Assembly: GCA_041674285.1 (NCBI GenBank)
Contig: JBAYVZ010000004.1
Span: 21,913-85,912, forward strand
Length of the DNA stretch: 64,000 nt
Direction of reading: 5' to 3'
Origin: Minisyncoccota bacterium
Lineage (GTDB): Bacteria > Patescibacteriota > Minisyncoccia > Phycocordibacterales > UBA9973
The notes under the pieces: generated by a model
Seen by the model: the letters and a program-made list of their open reading frames with translations, nothing else
What the model was told of the DNA's origin: nothing
Database searches by the model: none
Shown: positions 46,199 to 54,968 of the stretch, in pieces
How positions within the stretch are numbered: position 1 is the stretch's first letter
Layout: the number at the start of each line of letters is the position of its first letter
Translations under genes and position numbers: made by a program

Positions 46199-48342
46199 TT
46201 ACTTACGTGACTCAATAATTGTCGTTGCTACGTTTTGAGGCACTATGTCGTAACGTAGGAATTCCATAGTGAATCCTGCGCGACCTTCTGTCATAGAACG
46301 TAGAGTTGTCATGTAACCGAACATTTCAGATAGTGGAACAACAGCTTTCACTGCTTGGTTCATACCACGTTGTTCCATACCTTCGATCAATCCACGCTTT
46401 GAAGATAGACTTCCTGTCACATCTCCCATGAATTTATCTGGAGTCACAACTTCGACATTCATCATAGGTTCTAGGATCACTGGGCGAGCCATCTTACATG
46501 CATCTTGGATTGCCATAGAGGCTGCGATCTTGAAGGCCATTTCGTTTGAGTCCACATCGTGGTAACTTCCATCCCATAGCTCGACAGATACGTTTCCCAA
46601 TTTGAATCCTGCAAGAACTCCACGATCAAGACCTTCTTTAAATCCTTTTTCACAAGCTGGAATGTATTCTTGTGGAATAGCACCTCCCTTGATTGTGTTC
46701 ACGAATTCAAATCCCTTTTCACGCTTTGTATTTCTTGGTAGATCTTCAATTGCGATACTCTGATCCATTGGCTTTACCTTGATCTTTACGTGACCGTAGT
46801 TTCCACGTCCTCCTGATTGCTTGATGTACTTGCCTTCTACATCTGCTGTACCTGTGATTGTCTCACGGTATGCAACCTGTGGCTTACCTACATTTGTCTC
46901 AACAGCGAATTCACGCTTCATACGATCTACGATAATTTCCAAGTGGAGCTCTCCCATACCTGCGATGATTGTCTCATTTGTCTCTTGGTCTGTAGCTACG
47001 CGGAATGTTGGATCCTCTTGAGCAAGACGATTCAGTGCCATACCCATTTTCTCTTGGTCGGCTTTTGTCTTTGGCTCTACACGTAGAGAGATAACTGGCT
47101 CTGGGAATATGATACGGATCAATTCTGCTGGAGCATTTTCATCACAAAGAGTATCTGAAGTGATAGTGTCTTTTAGTCCTACTGCAGCTGCGATTTCTCC
47201 AGCGTATACCTTCTTTACTTCTTCACGGTCATTGGCATGCATACGTAGGATACGTCCGATACGCTCTTTGTTTCTTGTACGAGGATTGTATACATATGAA
47301 CCTGCAGTTACAGATCCAGAGTAGACACGGAAGAATATAATCTGTCCTACGAATGGGTCAGTAGCGATTTTGAATGCTAGAGCTGAGAATGGTTCAGCAT
47401 CTGAAGCCTTACGTACTAGTGGCTCATCTGTATTTGGATCAATACCTGTGATTGGAGGAATGTCTGTAGGAGCTGGTAGGTAGTCGACAACTGCGTCTAG
47501 CACTAGTTGAACTCCTTTGTTCTTAGAGCTGATCCAGCAAATACTGGGAATACATCGTTGGCGATAACAGCCTTACGCATTAGCTTCTTTAGAGTATCGT
47601 AGTCTGGAACTTTTCCTTCGAAGTAGTCACTCATGATCTGATCATCTTGCTCAACTATTTTTTCTACTAGTTCTGCGTGATACTTTTCTGCTTCTGCCTT
47701 GTACTCTTCTGGGATTTCTTTTTCGATAACTTTGTTACCCATCTCCCCTTCAAAGTAGAAAGCCTTCATCTTCAATAGGTCGATCACACCTTCGTGCTTT
47801 TCTTCAAGACCGATTGGGATTTGCATACGGATAGCTTTTTTAGTAAGTCTATCTAGGATTGTTTTATATGAGTGCTCAAAAGATGCGCCTGTACGGTCAA
47901 GCTTGTTTACGAAACAAATACGTGGCACATTCGCCTCGTCAGCATAGCGCCAGTTTGTCTCTGACTGTGGCTCTACTCCAGCCACTCCATCGAATACAAC
48001 TACTGCACCATCGAGTACACGAAGTGAGCGCTTTACTTCTACAGTAAAGTCGATGTGTCCTGGTGTGTCGATAATGTTAAAGCGGTGCTTCTTTGTCTTG
48101 TCTGTCAGTGCGTATGTCGGTGTCCAGAAACAAGTAACAGCAGCAGATGTGATAGTGATACCACGCTCGCGCTCTTGTTCCATCCAGTCTGTAGTTGTCT
48201 CACCATAGTGCACTTCACCTATCTTGTGTGATACACCAGTGTAAAACAATACACGCTCTGTTGTTGTAGTCTTACCCGCGTCGATGTGGGCAATAATACC
48301 TATATTTCTAACTTTCTCTAAAGGATAATCTCTTTGGTCCAT
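46199..48342 (-). pseudogene. fusA: Elongation factor G, interrupted by a single-nucleotide deletion at ~47505-47520. The ORF track splits it into 47503-48342 (G domain) and 46199-47503 (domains II-V, GTG start)
   Basis: The upstream fragment ends ...[16 protein letters not shown]. Reading the same DNA in the -1 frame gives [20 protein letters not shown], the canonical continuation of EF-G. The actual sequence gctctaagaacaaagg is one A short of the expected gctctaaagaacaaagg (GSALKNKG). Confidence 0.8.
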
Positions 48343-48459
48343 ATATATAATTCTTATTAATAAAATAAAAAACCCCGTAAGGCATTTGTCCCTAGAATAT
48401 ACAACAAATAGGCTAATTTTGCAACAAAAAAGGTAGTCTGATTTAGACTACCTTTTTTA

Positions 48460-48678
48460 CTATTTTATACACTTTACTCGTGAGCGTTTTACACAAACAT
48501 TCTTACTAAGAGACACTGTTGTGTTTCCACGACTATCTGGTTTAAGTAAATTATTTACAGCTCGAGTATTTAAAATGAGCTTTCCGTCTTTTTTTACTTC
48601 CAAGACTTTTACGTGGATTAAACCACAAATACATAGATATTCAACGATATCTCCTGCTTTAATAATTTCTTTTTCCAT
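48460..48678 (-). CDS. Small hypothetical protein (72 aa) inserted between rpsG and fusA
   Basis: ORF with start and stop, basic C-terminus, 4 Cys (LCICG...CVKRSRVKC); no recognised family. Position within the str operon is atypical. Confidence 0.3.
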   Translation of the reverse strand: MEKEIIKAGDIVEYLCICGLIHVKVLEVKKDGKLILNTRAVNNLLKPDSRGNTTVSLSKNVCVKRSRVKCIK

Positions 48679-48784
48679 AATTTCAATATTTATTTGTTTT
48701 TCTCCAGATTACTACATTCCCACTTTTTGTCAATAAATAACAAAACTCCCCAAGTGGGGAGTTTTGTGTTTGAGTCTATTTTGA

Positions 48785-49255
48785 TTACCAAGCAAAGTGA
48801 GCGAACGCTTTGTTTGATTCTGCCATCTTGTGAGTATCATCACGCTTCTTGATAGCGATACCTTCGTTCTTTGAAGCAAGGATTATCTCTTCAGCTAGCT
48901 TTTCTGCCATTGCTGCACCTTTCTTTCCACGAGCTGCTGTGATTATCCATCTCATAGCTAGTGATGTGCGGCGGTCTGGGCGTACTTCACGAGGAACCTG
49001 GTAGTTTGCACCACCGATACGACGTGAGCGAACCTCTACTAGAGGACCTGCATTTTTGATTGCAGTATCGAAAACTTCTAGAGGATTTGGATTACCAGTC
49101 TTTTCTTTGATGATATCAAAGGCACCGTATACAATCTTTCTTGAAGTCTCCTTCTTTCCGTCCCACATAACATTGTTTATGAACTTTCCAAGCTTTTGTG
49201 AGTTATAAACGATATCTGGTTCAACAATATTTCGATTTTTTACTTTTCTTCGCAT
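48785..49255 (-). CDS. rpsG: 30S ribosomal protein S7
   Basis: [19 protein letters not shown]...[28 protein letters not shown] is canonical S7. Confidence 0.92.
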   Translation of the reverse strand: MRRKVKNRNIVEPDIVYNSQKLGKFINNVMWDGKKETSRKIVYGAFDIIKEKTGNPNPLEVFDTAIKNAGPLVEVRSRRIGGANYQVPREVRPDRRTSLAMRWIITAARGKKGAAMAEKLAEEIILASKNEGIAIKKRDDTHKMAESNKAFAHFAW

Positions 49256-49260
49256 AAATT

Positions 49261-49686
49261 TTATTTCTTAGCTCCAGCCTTTGGACGCTTGTTACCATAC
49301 TTACTTCTTGCTTTTCGACGTTTCTCAACTCCAGTAGCATCGAGACGTCCACGAACTATGTGGTAACGTACTCCGATCAAGTCTTTTACACGACCACCAC
49401 GTAGCATAACTACAGAGTGTTCTTGTAGGTTGTGACCTTCACCTGGGATATAAGCTGTAACTTCCATACCATTTGTAAGACGTACACGAGCAATCTTTCG
49501 GAGAGCTGAGTTAGGCTTTTTAGGAGTAGTTGTTGTAACTTTTGTACAAACACCACGCTTGAATGGTGCTGGGTAATAAACTGGCTTGTTTTTAAGCGCA
49601 TTAAAACCGCGAGCGAGAGCTACGGCCTTTGATTTTCTTTTTATTATTGTACGGCTCTTGCGAACCAATTGATTCATTGTAGGCAT
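49261..49686 (-). CDS. rpsL: 30S ribosomal protein S12 (start at MPTMNQL; the track ORF carries a spurious 21-aa extension)
   Basis: [12 protein letters not shown]...[59 protein letters not shown] is canonical S12. Confidence 0.92.
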   Translation of the reverse strand: MPTMNQLVRKSRTIIKRKSKAVALARGFNALKNKPVYYPAPFKRGVCTKVTTTTPKKPNSALRKIARVRLTNGMEVTAYIPGEGHNLQEHSVVMLRGGRVKDLIGVRYHIVRGRLDATGVEKRRKARSKYGNKRPKAGAKK

Positions 49687-49766
49687 ATATTTAAAATAGG
49701 TCGTAAAGACCAGTAGGAACACTTTACTATATAGCCGTAAAAAAAGCAAGCCTGCTTTCTAATGCT

Positions 49767-51506
49767 CTATTCTCCAAGCAACAATCTAGCCAACCGCAAT
49801 TCATCATATGAATATTTTCCATCAAAATGCTCAAATACTGCAGACAGTGATCGGGTGTCGAGCTTGTGAAAAGCCTTGTGTATAGCAGGAAGAGATTTTT
49901 CTGTATTTTTATCTAGGATTCTAGATAGCTCCCCTATTGGAATCTTTTCATCTTCCACTAATTCTTCTATGTGAGTAAAAATTGTACTTTCTTTTAATTT
50001 ACGGAGCTTTGCAATCTCTACTATATCGCGCCCTTCATTCCACATATCTAGAGTCAATTCTTTTGTATCTACTTTTGATCCTTTTTTATCTTTTACTTTT
50101 TTCTGAAAATCCGGGCTGGGGTTTACTACTCCGCCGGATGCACGGATAAAATTGTCATGCATTTTTTGTAATTCATTTTTAGGTAATTTTGAAAATTCTA
50201 TTTCTGCAGCACTTGATTGCTCTTTGAAAATCTGATCTTGGGAGAATATCTGTGGGTGAACTTCAAATGCTCGCCTATTCCATCCGAGTAAATGCAACCC
50301 TGAAAGACGTCGCACACGCGAGAGTGCCACGTACCCCTGACCATATTCAAATACATCAGAAAGGTCCATCACAGCTTCATCCAGACTCATACCCTGACTC
50401 TTGTGCACAGTGATAGCCCACGCCAGGCGTAGTGGGATCTGAGATATACTTGCTCTCACCTTTCCATTCTCCTCGAGGGCCCACTCTGCAGGTTCAACTG
50501 TAAACTTCTTTCCCTTACGATCTTCAACTATTGGGTACCGAGTGCCCGGGGCAAATCCGACGATAGTACCGAGGGTGCCATTCACATATCCCTCCTTTTG
50601 ATTATTCTTTGTGCACATCACCTCCGCACCGAGCTTCAGCACCAGAGTGTCTGGAGACAGACATCCCTTTTTCAATGTCTCGACAATGATATCTCGCCCT
50701 GTACCTACCATACGATAGAATTCTTTTTCTTCTTTTATTTTCTCTAGCATCGCATTGTTCACGCTATCCACATCGACATTGCGAGAAAAAAGTTTGAGCA
50801 TTTTTGCAGATGTCTTGCCCACCTCTACCTTACGAGCTTCGAGGTGCTCGAACATATCTTCATCAAAAGTATTGGACCGGATAGAAGATAGTATAGATAA
50901 AAATGTATCATCATCTTGGCGATACTGCTCGGATAGGTAGCAAGTGATAGGTTGAGCTCTGGCCCAAGATTCAGATTCATATGCAAATATTCCTAGTGGC
51001 TTTGCCTCAAATAGTGCGTCCTGATTGTAGTCATCCTCTGGAACTTTTGTATTTAAAATATCTCTCTTTGTGATCGGTGGTAATTGGAAAAAATCTCCGA
51101 CAAATATAACCTGCAGTCCGCCAAAGGCCTCAGTACTCCTGCGTACTTCCCTACATACTGCATCCACCATATCGATAGTATTGGGTCCGAGCATGGACAC
51201 CTCATCTATCACGAGAACTTTTGCTTTTGTTACACGACGAGTGACATATTCACTAGTCGATATTTTATCTAGATCGTATTTAGTCAGAGATTTACGAATA
51301 CCGATACCACTCCATGAGTGGATAGTCATCCCGCCGATATGAGTAGCCGCAATACCTGTGGATGCAGTGATAGCCACCTCTACACCACGACTACGCAAAT
51401 AAGACACATACTCATTTATCGTATGTGTCTTGCCGGCACCAGGCTCCCCTGTCAGAAAAACATTGGCCCCAGTCTTTAGTATTTGCAGTGCCTCGTCTTG
51501 GATCAT
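49767..51506 (-). CDS. PIF1/RecD-family ATP-dependent DNA helicase with C-terminal helix-turn-helix domain
   Basis: Walker A FLTGEPGAGKTHT; Walker B VLVIDEVSML; SF1 motif GDFFQLPP; ...VHKSQGMSLD (motif V/VI region); C-terminal HTH-like ~80 aa. Confidence 0.72.
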   Translation of the reverse strand: MIQDEALQILKTGANVFLTGEPGAGKTHTINEYVSYLRSRGVEVAITASTGIAATHIGGMTIHSWSGIGIRKSLTKYDLDKISTSEYVTRRVTKAKVLVIDEVSMLGPNTIDMVDAVCREVRRSTEAFGGLQVIFVGDFFQLPPITKRDILNTKVPEDDYNQDALFEAKPLGIFAYESESWARAQPITCYLSEQYRQDDDTFLSILSSIRSNTFDEDMFEHLEARKVEVGKTSAKMLKLFSRNVDVDSVNNAMLEKIKEEKEFYRMVGTGRDIIVETLKKGCLSPDTLVLKLGAEVMCTKNNQKEGYVNGTLGTIVGFAPGTRYPIVEDRKGKKFTVEPAEWALEENGKVRASISQIPLRLAWAITVHKSQGMSLDEAVMDLSDVFEYGQGYVALSRVRRLSGLHLLGWNRRAFEVHPQIFSQDQIFKEQSSAAEIEFSKLPKNELQKMHDNFIRASGGVVNPSPDFQKKVKDKKGSKVDTKELTLDMWNEGRDIVEIAKLRKLKESTIFTHIEELVEDEKIPIGELSRILDKNTEKSLPAIHKAFHKLDTRSLSAVFEHFDGKYSYDELRLARLLLGE

Positions 51507-51513
51507 TAACTGA

Positions 51514-52413
51514 TTATAACAGATTTAGAGTTCTTTCTTTTATTGAATCATATTTATCTTTTTGTTCGGAGTAGGCAAAGAATGCGAGCGAACCTAATCC
51601 TATTCGAAGTTTGTAGCACAGCAGTCGCTCTTCAAAATTTTCTAAATTCATATCTCGATAGGCTTGCTCTGCGTTTTTGTTTGGGTCATTTCTAACTGAC
51701 CAAAACGATAGCCATGCTACGTCGTAAATAAAGTCTCCATACATAGATTCACCCCAATCAAGAATTCCTGTGATATTCTCCTTATCAGAGACCACATTAT
51801 TGCCACCGTAATCTGCGTGGACTAAATATCTCTCCTCTGGACACATTTCAGCAAGTTCTTCTATTTTAGAATATATCTTAACCCAAACATCTTTCTCTAG
51901 AATTGAATTTTCAAATAATTTATCTTTATCTAAATGTGACCCCACAGATAGTACAAATTCTTTCCAAGTCTCGAATTCCCCCACCCCGTCATTATTCCAT
52001 TTTCCAAAGCCATTTGAATCGCCAATATCAGTAGAACTTATTTCCCCCAATATCTCGAGTAGTTCGGGTAAGATTTTTTGATATTCATCTTCATTCAGCA
52101 GATTGAGAGTCGCGCCAAGAGCTTTCTTTGAAATACAAAGAAAGTGAATATCATCAAATTTTACAGTTTCTATTATTTCGGGGATTGGCAAGGTGCTCTT
52201 TGTAAAATACTTTGAAGCATATTCGTCTTTATAAAAACTACGCGCGCCCTTATTCACCCGAGCTACTAGGTCCATACCCTTTGAATTAAAAGCAAAAGCC
52301 TGTGAGGACTCCCCTCCTTTTAGGAATTCCAATTCTTTTATTTCTGCATCAAAATTTTCTCTTAGAAAAGAAAGGACTAGGCTCTGATCAATTTTTGTTT
52401 TTACTGTAGACAT
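51514..52413 (-). CDS. Aminoglycoside/phosphotransferase (APH)-family small-molecule kinase
   Basis: Catalytic loop LVHADYGGNNVV (HxDxxxxN) and metal-binding ILDWGESMYGD (D...D); Brenner/eukaryotic-like kinase fold signature. Confidence 0.6.
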   Translation of the reverse strand: MSTVKTKIDQSLVLSFLRENFDAEIKELEFLKGGESSQAFAFNSKGMDLVARVNKGARSFYKDEYASKYFTKSTLPIPEIIETVKFDDIHFLCISKKALGATLNLLNEDEYQKILPELLEILGEISSTDIGDSNGFGKWNNDGVGEFETWKEFVLSVGSHLDKDKLFENSILEKDVWVKIYSKIEELAEMCPEERYLVHADYGGNNVVSDKENITGILDWGESMYGDFIYDVAWLSFWSVRNDPNKNAEQAYRDMNLENFEERLLCYKLRIGLGSLAFFAYSEQKDKYDSIKERTLNLL

Positions 52414-52946
52414 TTTATTTTTATTTCATTACTTATTTTTAATTCTTCTGGAGTATTTATAAATTTTACAAAACCATCTGCCAATTCATCGGCGCTCAAA
52501 GAAGAAGAACTTTCAAAAACATAATGCTTAGGTTGAGACAGGACTTCTTTTTCTAAGTGATGAGCCCAATTTAAATTGTCTTGAATTAATTGATCATTCC
52601 AACCTCTTTCTTTTAATCTATTTTTAATCACCTCATCATCTGCGTGCAAAATACCAAAAACTAAATCTGTATCTTTATTTAAACTTGGTGAATTTAAAAT
52701 TTCAGAAGGAACACTAACTCCACATATAACTGTAGAGATTTTATTTTTCTCATTCTCATTTGAAATTTGTATCCATATATCCGTAGTCTCCTGTCTCCAC
52801 TCTTTACTAGGATTCTGAGGAACACCATTTTCATCAAAATCATGGACATCAAAACTATCTATCGGAAGTTTAGTTTTAAGGGATTCCATCAAAGTGGTTT
52901 TACCTGATCCACTAGTCCCAGTTATAAAATATATGCTCATATACAC
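52401..52946 (-). CDS. P-loop NTPase, nucleotide/small-molecule kinase-like (AAA_33-like)
   Basis: Walker A ITGTSGSGKTTL at the N-terminus; 181 aa; overlaps the APH gene by 13 nt (operon). Confidence 0.5.
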   Translation of the reverse strand: MYMSIYFITGTSGSGKTTLMESLKTKLPIDSFDVHDFDENGVPQNPSKEWRQETTDIWIQISNENEKNKISTVICGVSVPSEILNSPSLNKDTDLVFGILHADDEVIKNRLKERGWNDQLIQDNLNWAHHLEKEVLSQPKHYVFESSSSLSADELADGFVKFINTPEELKISNEIKIKCLQ

Positions 52947-52989
52947 AGTATACCAAATAAAAACCCTCCTGTTTGGAAGGGTTTTATTA

Positions 52990-53586
52990 TTATTCTTTAA
53001 AGTATTTATTTTTTAAAAATTCTGTTAAATCATCCATCTCTTTTCTGGATAAATCCAAAATAGTTCTTTTATTTTCAATAGAATTATTCTCAGCATTTTC
53101 CAACCCTACTGGAGCTAAGCTGTACATTGAATCTTTTGTAAAGACCGAGACGCCGTAGTGGTAAGGTGACCATTCTTTTCCGGAATAGAATTCGTCCAAC
53201 AAAATTTGAACCTTGTTCTTTAGATTTGAAGATTCTTCTTTTATTGATTCCAGAAGTTCACGATACTCAGGACTATCACCCTTGACATTTCTATATTTTG
53301 TATTTATTTCGTTTGATTCTTTTGAGTAGAATTGAGAATGTTTTTTTGATCCGAATATAACACTAGGATATGGCTTTTCTTTTTCTACATGCCCTTCACA
53401 AGATTCCATAGTATTTACACCCAGGAGGTTCATAACCACAACTGTATCCATAACACCCTCTTCCATTTTTTCATTCTCAAATTCAGATGCTGACTTTAAA
53501 ATATTCTGTTTTATATCATCCCAAGCTTTCTGTTTGATTGAAATATTTTCAGGATCAGTTTTAATAAAACTTTCTAGATTTTTCAT
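52990..53586 (-). CDS. Hypothetical protein
   Basis: 198-aa ORF, acidic, no recognisable motif. Last gene of the helicase-kinase string before the repeat region. Confidence 0.3.
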   Translation of the reverse strand: MKNLESFIKTDPENISIKQKAWDDIKQNILKSASEFENEKMEEGVMDTVVVMNLLGVNTMESCEGHVEKEKPYPSVIFGSKKHSQFYSKESNEINTKYRNVKGDSPEYRELLESIKEESSNLKNKVQILLDEFYSGKEWSPYHYGVSVFTKDSMYSLAPVGLENAENNSIENKRTILDLSRKEMDDLTEFLKNKYFKE

Positions 53587-53597
53587 AAATTAAATAT

Positions 53598-53832
53598 ACC
53601 AGAAAAGTCTTTCGATTCCCAGACACTGGGACCGCGAGTACGCTTATCGCCGATTACATCGGCAGGTACTTTTCGCTCTGGTAAACCAGAGAACGAAAAG
53701 TCTTTCAATTCCCAGACGACTACTGGGACCGGCAGTAGCCTTATCGGTCCTTACAGGACCAGTATACCTTTTGCATTTTTCTGGAGTACTCTCCATAAAA
53801 ATAAGCAAAAGGTTTTCGATTCCCAGACGGAA
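53598..53832 (+). repeat. Three tandem, degenerate ~95-bp repeat units each starting with a tRNA T-arm-like block (gaaaagtctttcgattcccagac...), in inverted orientation relative to the adjacent tRNA-His
   Basis: Units begin at 53601, 53695 and 53808. The first two share gaaaagtctttc[g/a]attcccagac-N6-8-ctgggaccg-gcagta-cttatcg. TTCGATTCCCAG equals the T-loop/T-stem of the neighbouring tRNA-His. Confidence 0.6.
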
Positions 53833-53896
53833 CATGCTCAAGCATGTTCCTTAGTCCCCCAATAGAAAAAGCCGGCACAAGGCCGACTTTTTCTAT

Positions 53897-53971
53897 TGGG
53901 GGACTACTGGGAATCGAACCCAGATCGAAGGTTCCACAAACCTCAGTGTTAACCGTTACACCATAATCCCC
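53897..53971 (-). tRNA. tRNA-His (anticodon GTG)
   Basis: Minus-strand sequence GGGGATTATGGTGTAACGGTTAACACTGAGGTTTGTGGAACCTTCGATCTGGGTTCGATTCCCAGTAGTCCCCA folds as a cloverleaf with anticodon loop TTGTGGA (GUG) and T-arm CTGGG-TTCGATT-CCCAG. A 15-bp perfect-stem hairpin follows its 3' end. Confidence 0.8.
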
Positions 53972-53983
53972 ATATATACAATC

Positions 53984-54538
53984 CTACTTGTAAGTAGGAG
54001 GTTCCTCATTTATACCAGAAAAGTGGTTAGAAAGTCTAGCTAGTGCATAAAGTAGTGAAGAAAGTCGATTTAGATAAGCTTTTGTATAATCACCCACTTT
54101 TATATTCCCCTCGTCCGCTACACCTATCACTCTCCTCTCTGCTCTGCGTGAAATAGTACGAGCGACATCAAAAAATGCCGCCAATTCTGTGCCCCCAGAA
54201 ATAAAAAAAGATTTTATTGGTGGCAATTCTTTTTCTATTGTATCTACATAATTTTCTATCTCTTTTATTTTTTCCTCGGCTATAGTCATATCACTACCAG
54301 CGAGCTCTGCCTGCACAATAAAAAGATTTTGCTGTACATCATGTACAACTTTTTCAAAAAGTTCACCTGTCGGAACTTTATACCCCTTTTCAGAACTCTT
54401 TACTTTGCAGACACCCAAAAAAGAATTGATCTCATCGAGAGTCCCTAGCGCCTCTGCTATATTTGAACTCTTTGATATTCTCTGGTCGCAGCCAAAAGTT
54501 TTCGTTGTTCCATTGTCCCCTTTTCTTGTATAAAGCAT
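53984..54538 (-). CDS. ATP:cob(I)alamin adenosyltransferase, PduO/MMAB type
   Basis: MLYTRKGDNGTTKTFGCDQRISKSSNIAEALGTLDEINSFLG matches the PduO-type N-terminus (IYTKTGDKGxT.L..G.RV.K...R.EAYG.LDELNS). Confidence 0.8.
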   Translation of the reverse strand: MLYTRKGDNGTTKTFGCDQRISKSSNIAEALGTLDEINSFLGVCKVKSSEKGYKVPTGELFEKVVHDVQQNLFIVQAELAGSDMTIAEEKIKEIENYVDTIEKELPPIKSFFISGGTELAAFFDVARTISRRAERRVIGVADEGNIKVGDYTKAYLNRLSSLLYALARLSNHFSGINEEPPTYK

Positions 54539-54539
54539 G

Positions 54540-54968
54540 TTAGATATATAGACGATAAAAAGCTAATAAAAACATAAGGATAGATATCAATGCAGATGAT
54601 ATACACCACACACACCACTGTTTAATCAGAAAGCTTTGAATAAACAAAAGATAGACAGAGAATAGCACAGACATGCCAGATATCACAATAAATAGCTCGT
54701 TTATAAAAGGTGTCCACACAAGATAAAAATTTACAAACAGATAGGCTGATGTGATAAATAAATAATATACCAAACCTAGAACTTCCACGCGGAAAGGTCC
54801 AACCACAGAATAATCACTATTCGTCACAAGCTCACAATCTGTCCTAGCTGGGCAAATCAATTTTTTCTTTTCACTCTTTTTTCTATAAATATAGAAAGCG
54901 ACGAGGAAGCCCGAGATCCCGAGTATGACGAATATTATAGAGATAATCAATTCTAGGTTTATTTGCAT
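54540..54968 (-). CDS. Vitamin K epoxide reductase (VKOR)-family membrane oxidoreductase
   Basis: 142 aa, 4-5 TM; loop Cys pair (CPARTDC) and TM CxxC (WCVWCI), the VKOR redox arrangement. Confidence 0.6.
   Translation of the reverse strand: MQINLELIISIIFVILGISGFLVAFYIYRKKSEKKKLICPARTDCELVTNSDYSVVGPFRVEVLGLVYYLFITSAYLFVNFYLVWTPFINELFIVISGMSVLFSVYLLFIQSFLIKQWCVWCISSALISILMFLLAFYRLYI

Noticed and set aside
53644-53841. 65-aa ORF in the ORF track
   Set aside because: Lies entirely within the tandem tRNA-fragment repeats. Its composition is Arg/Cys-rich from reading GC-rich repeats; no start context or homology.
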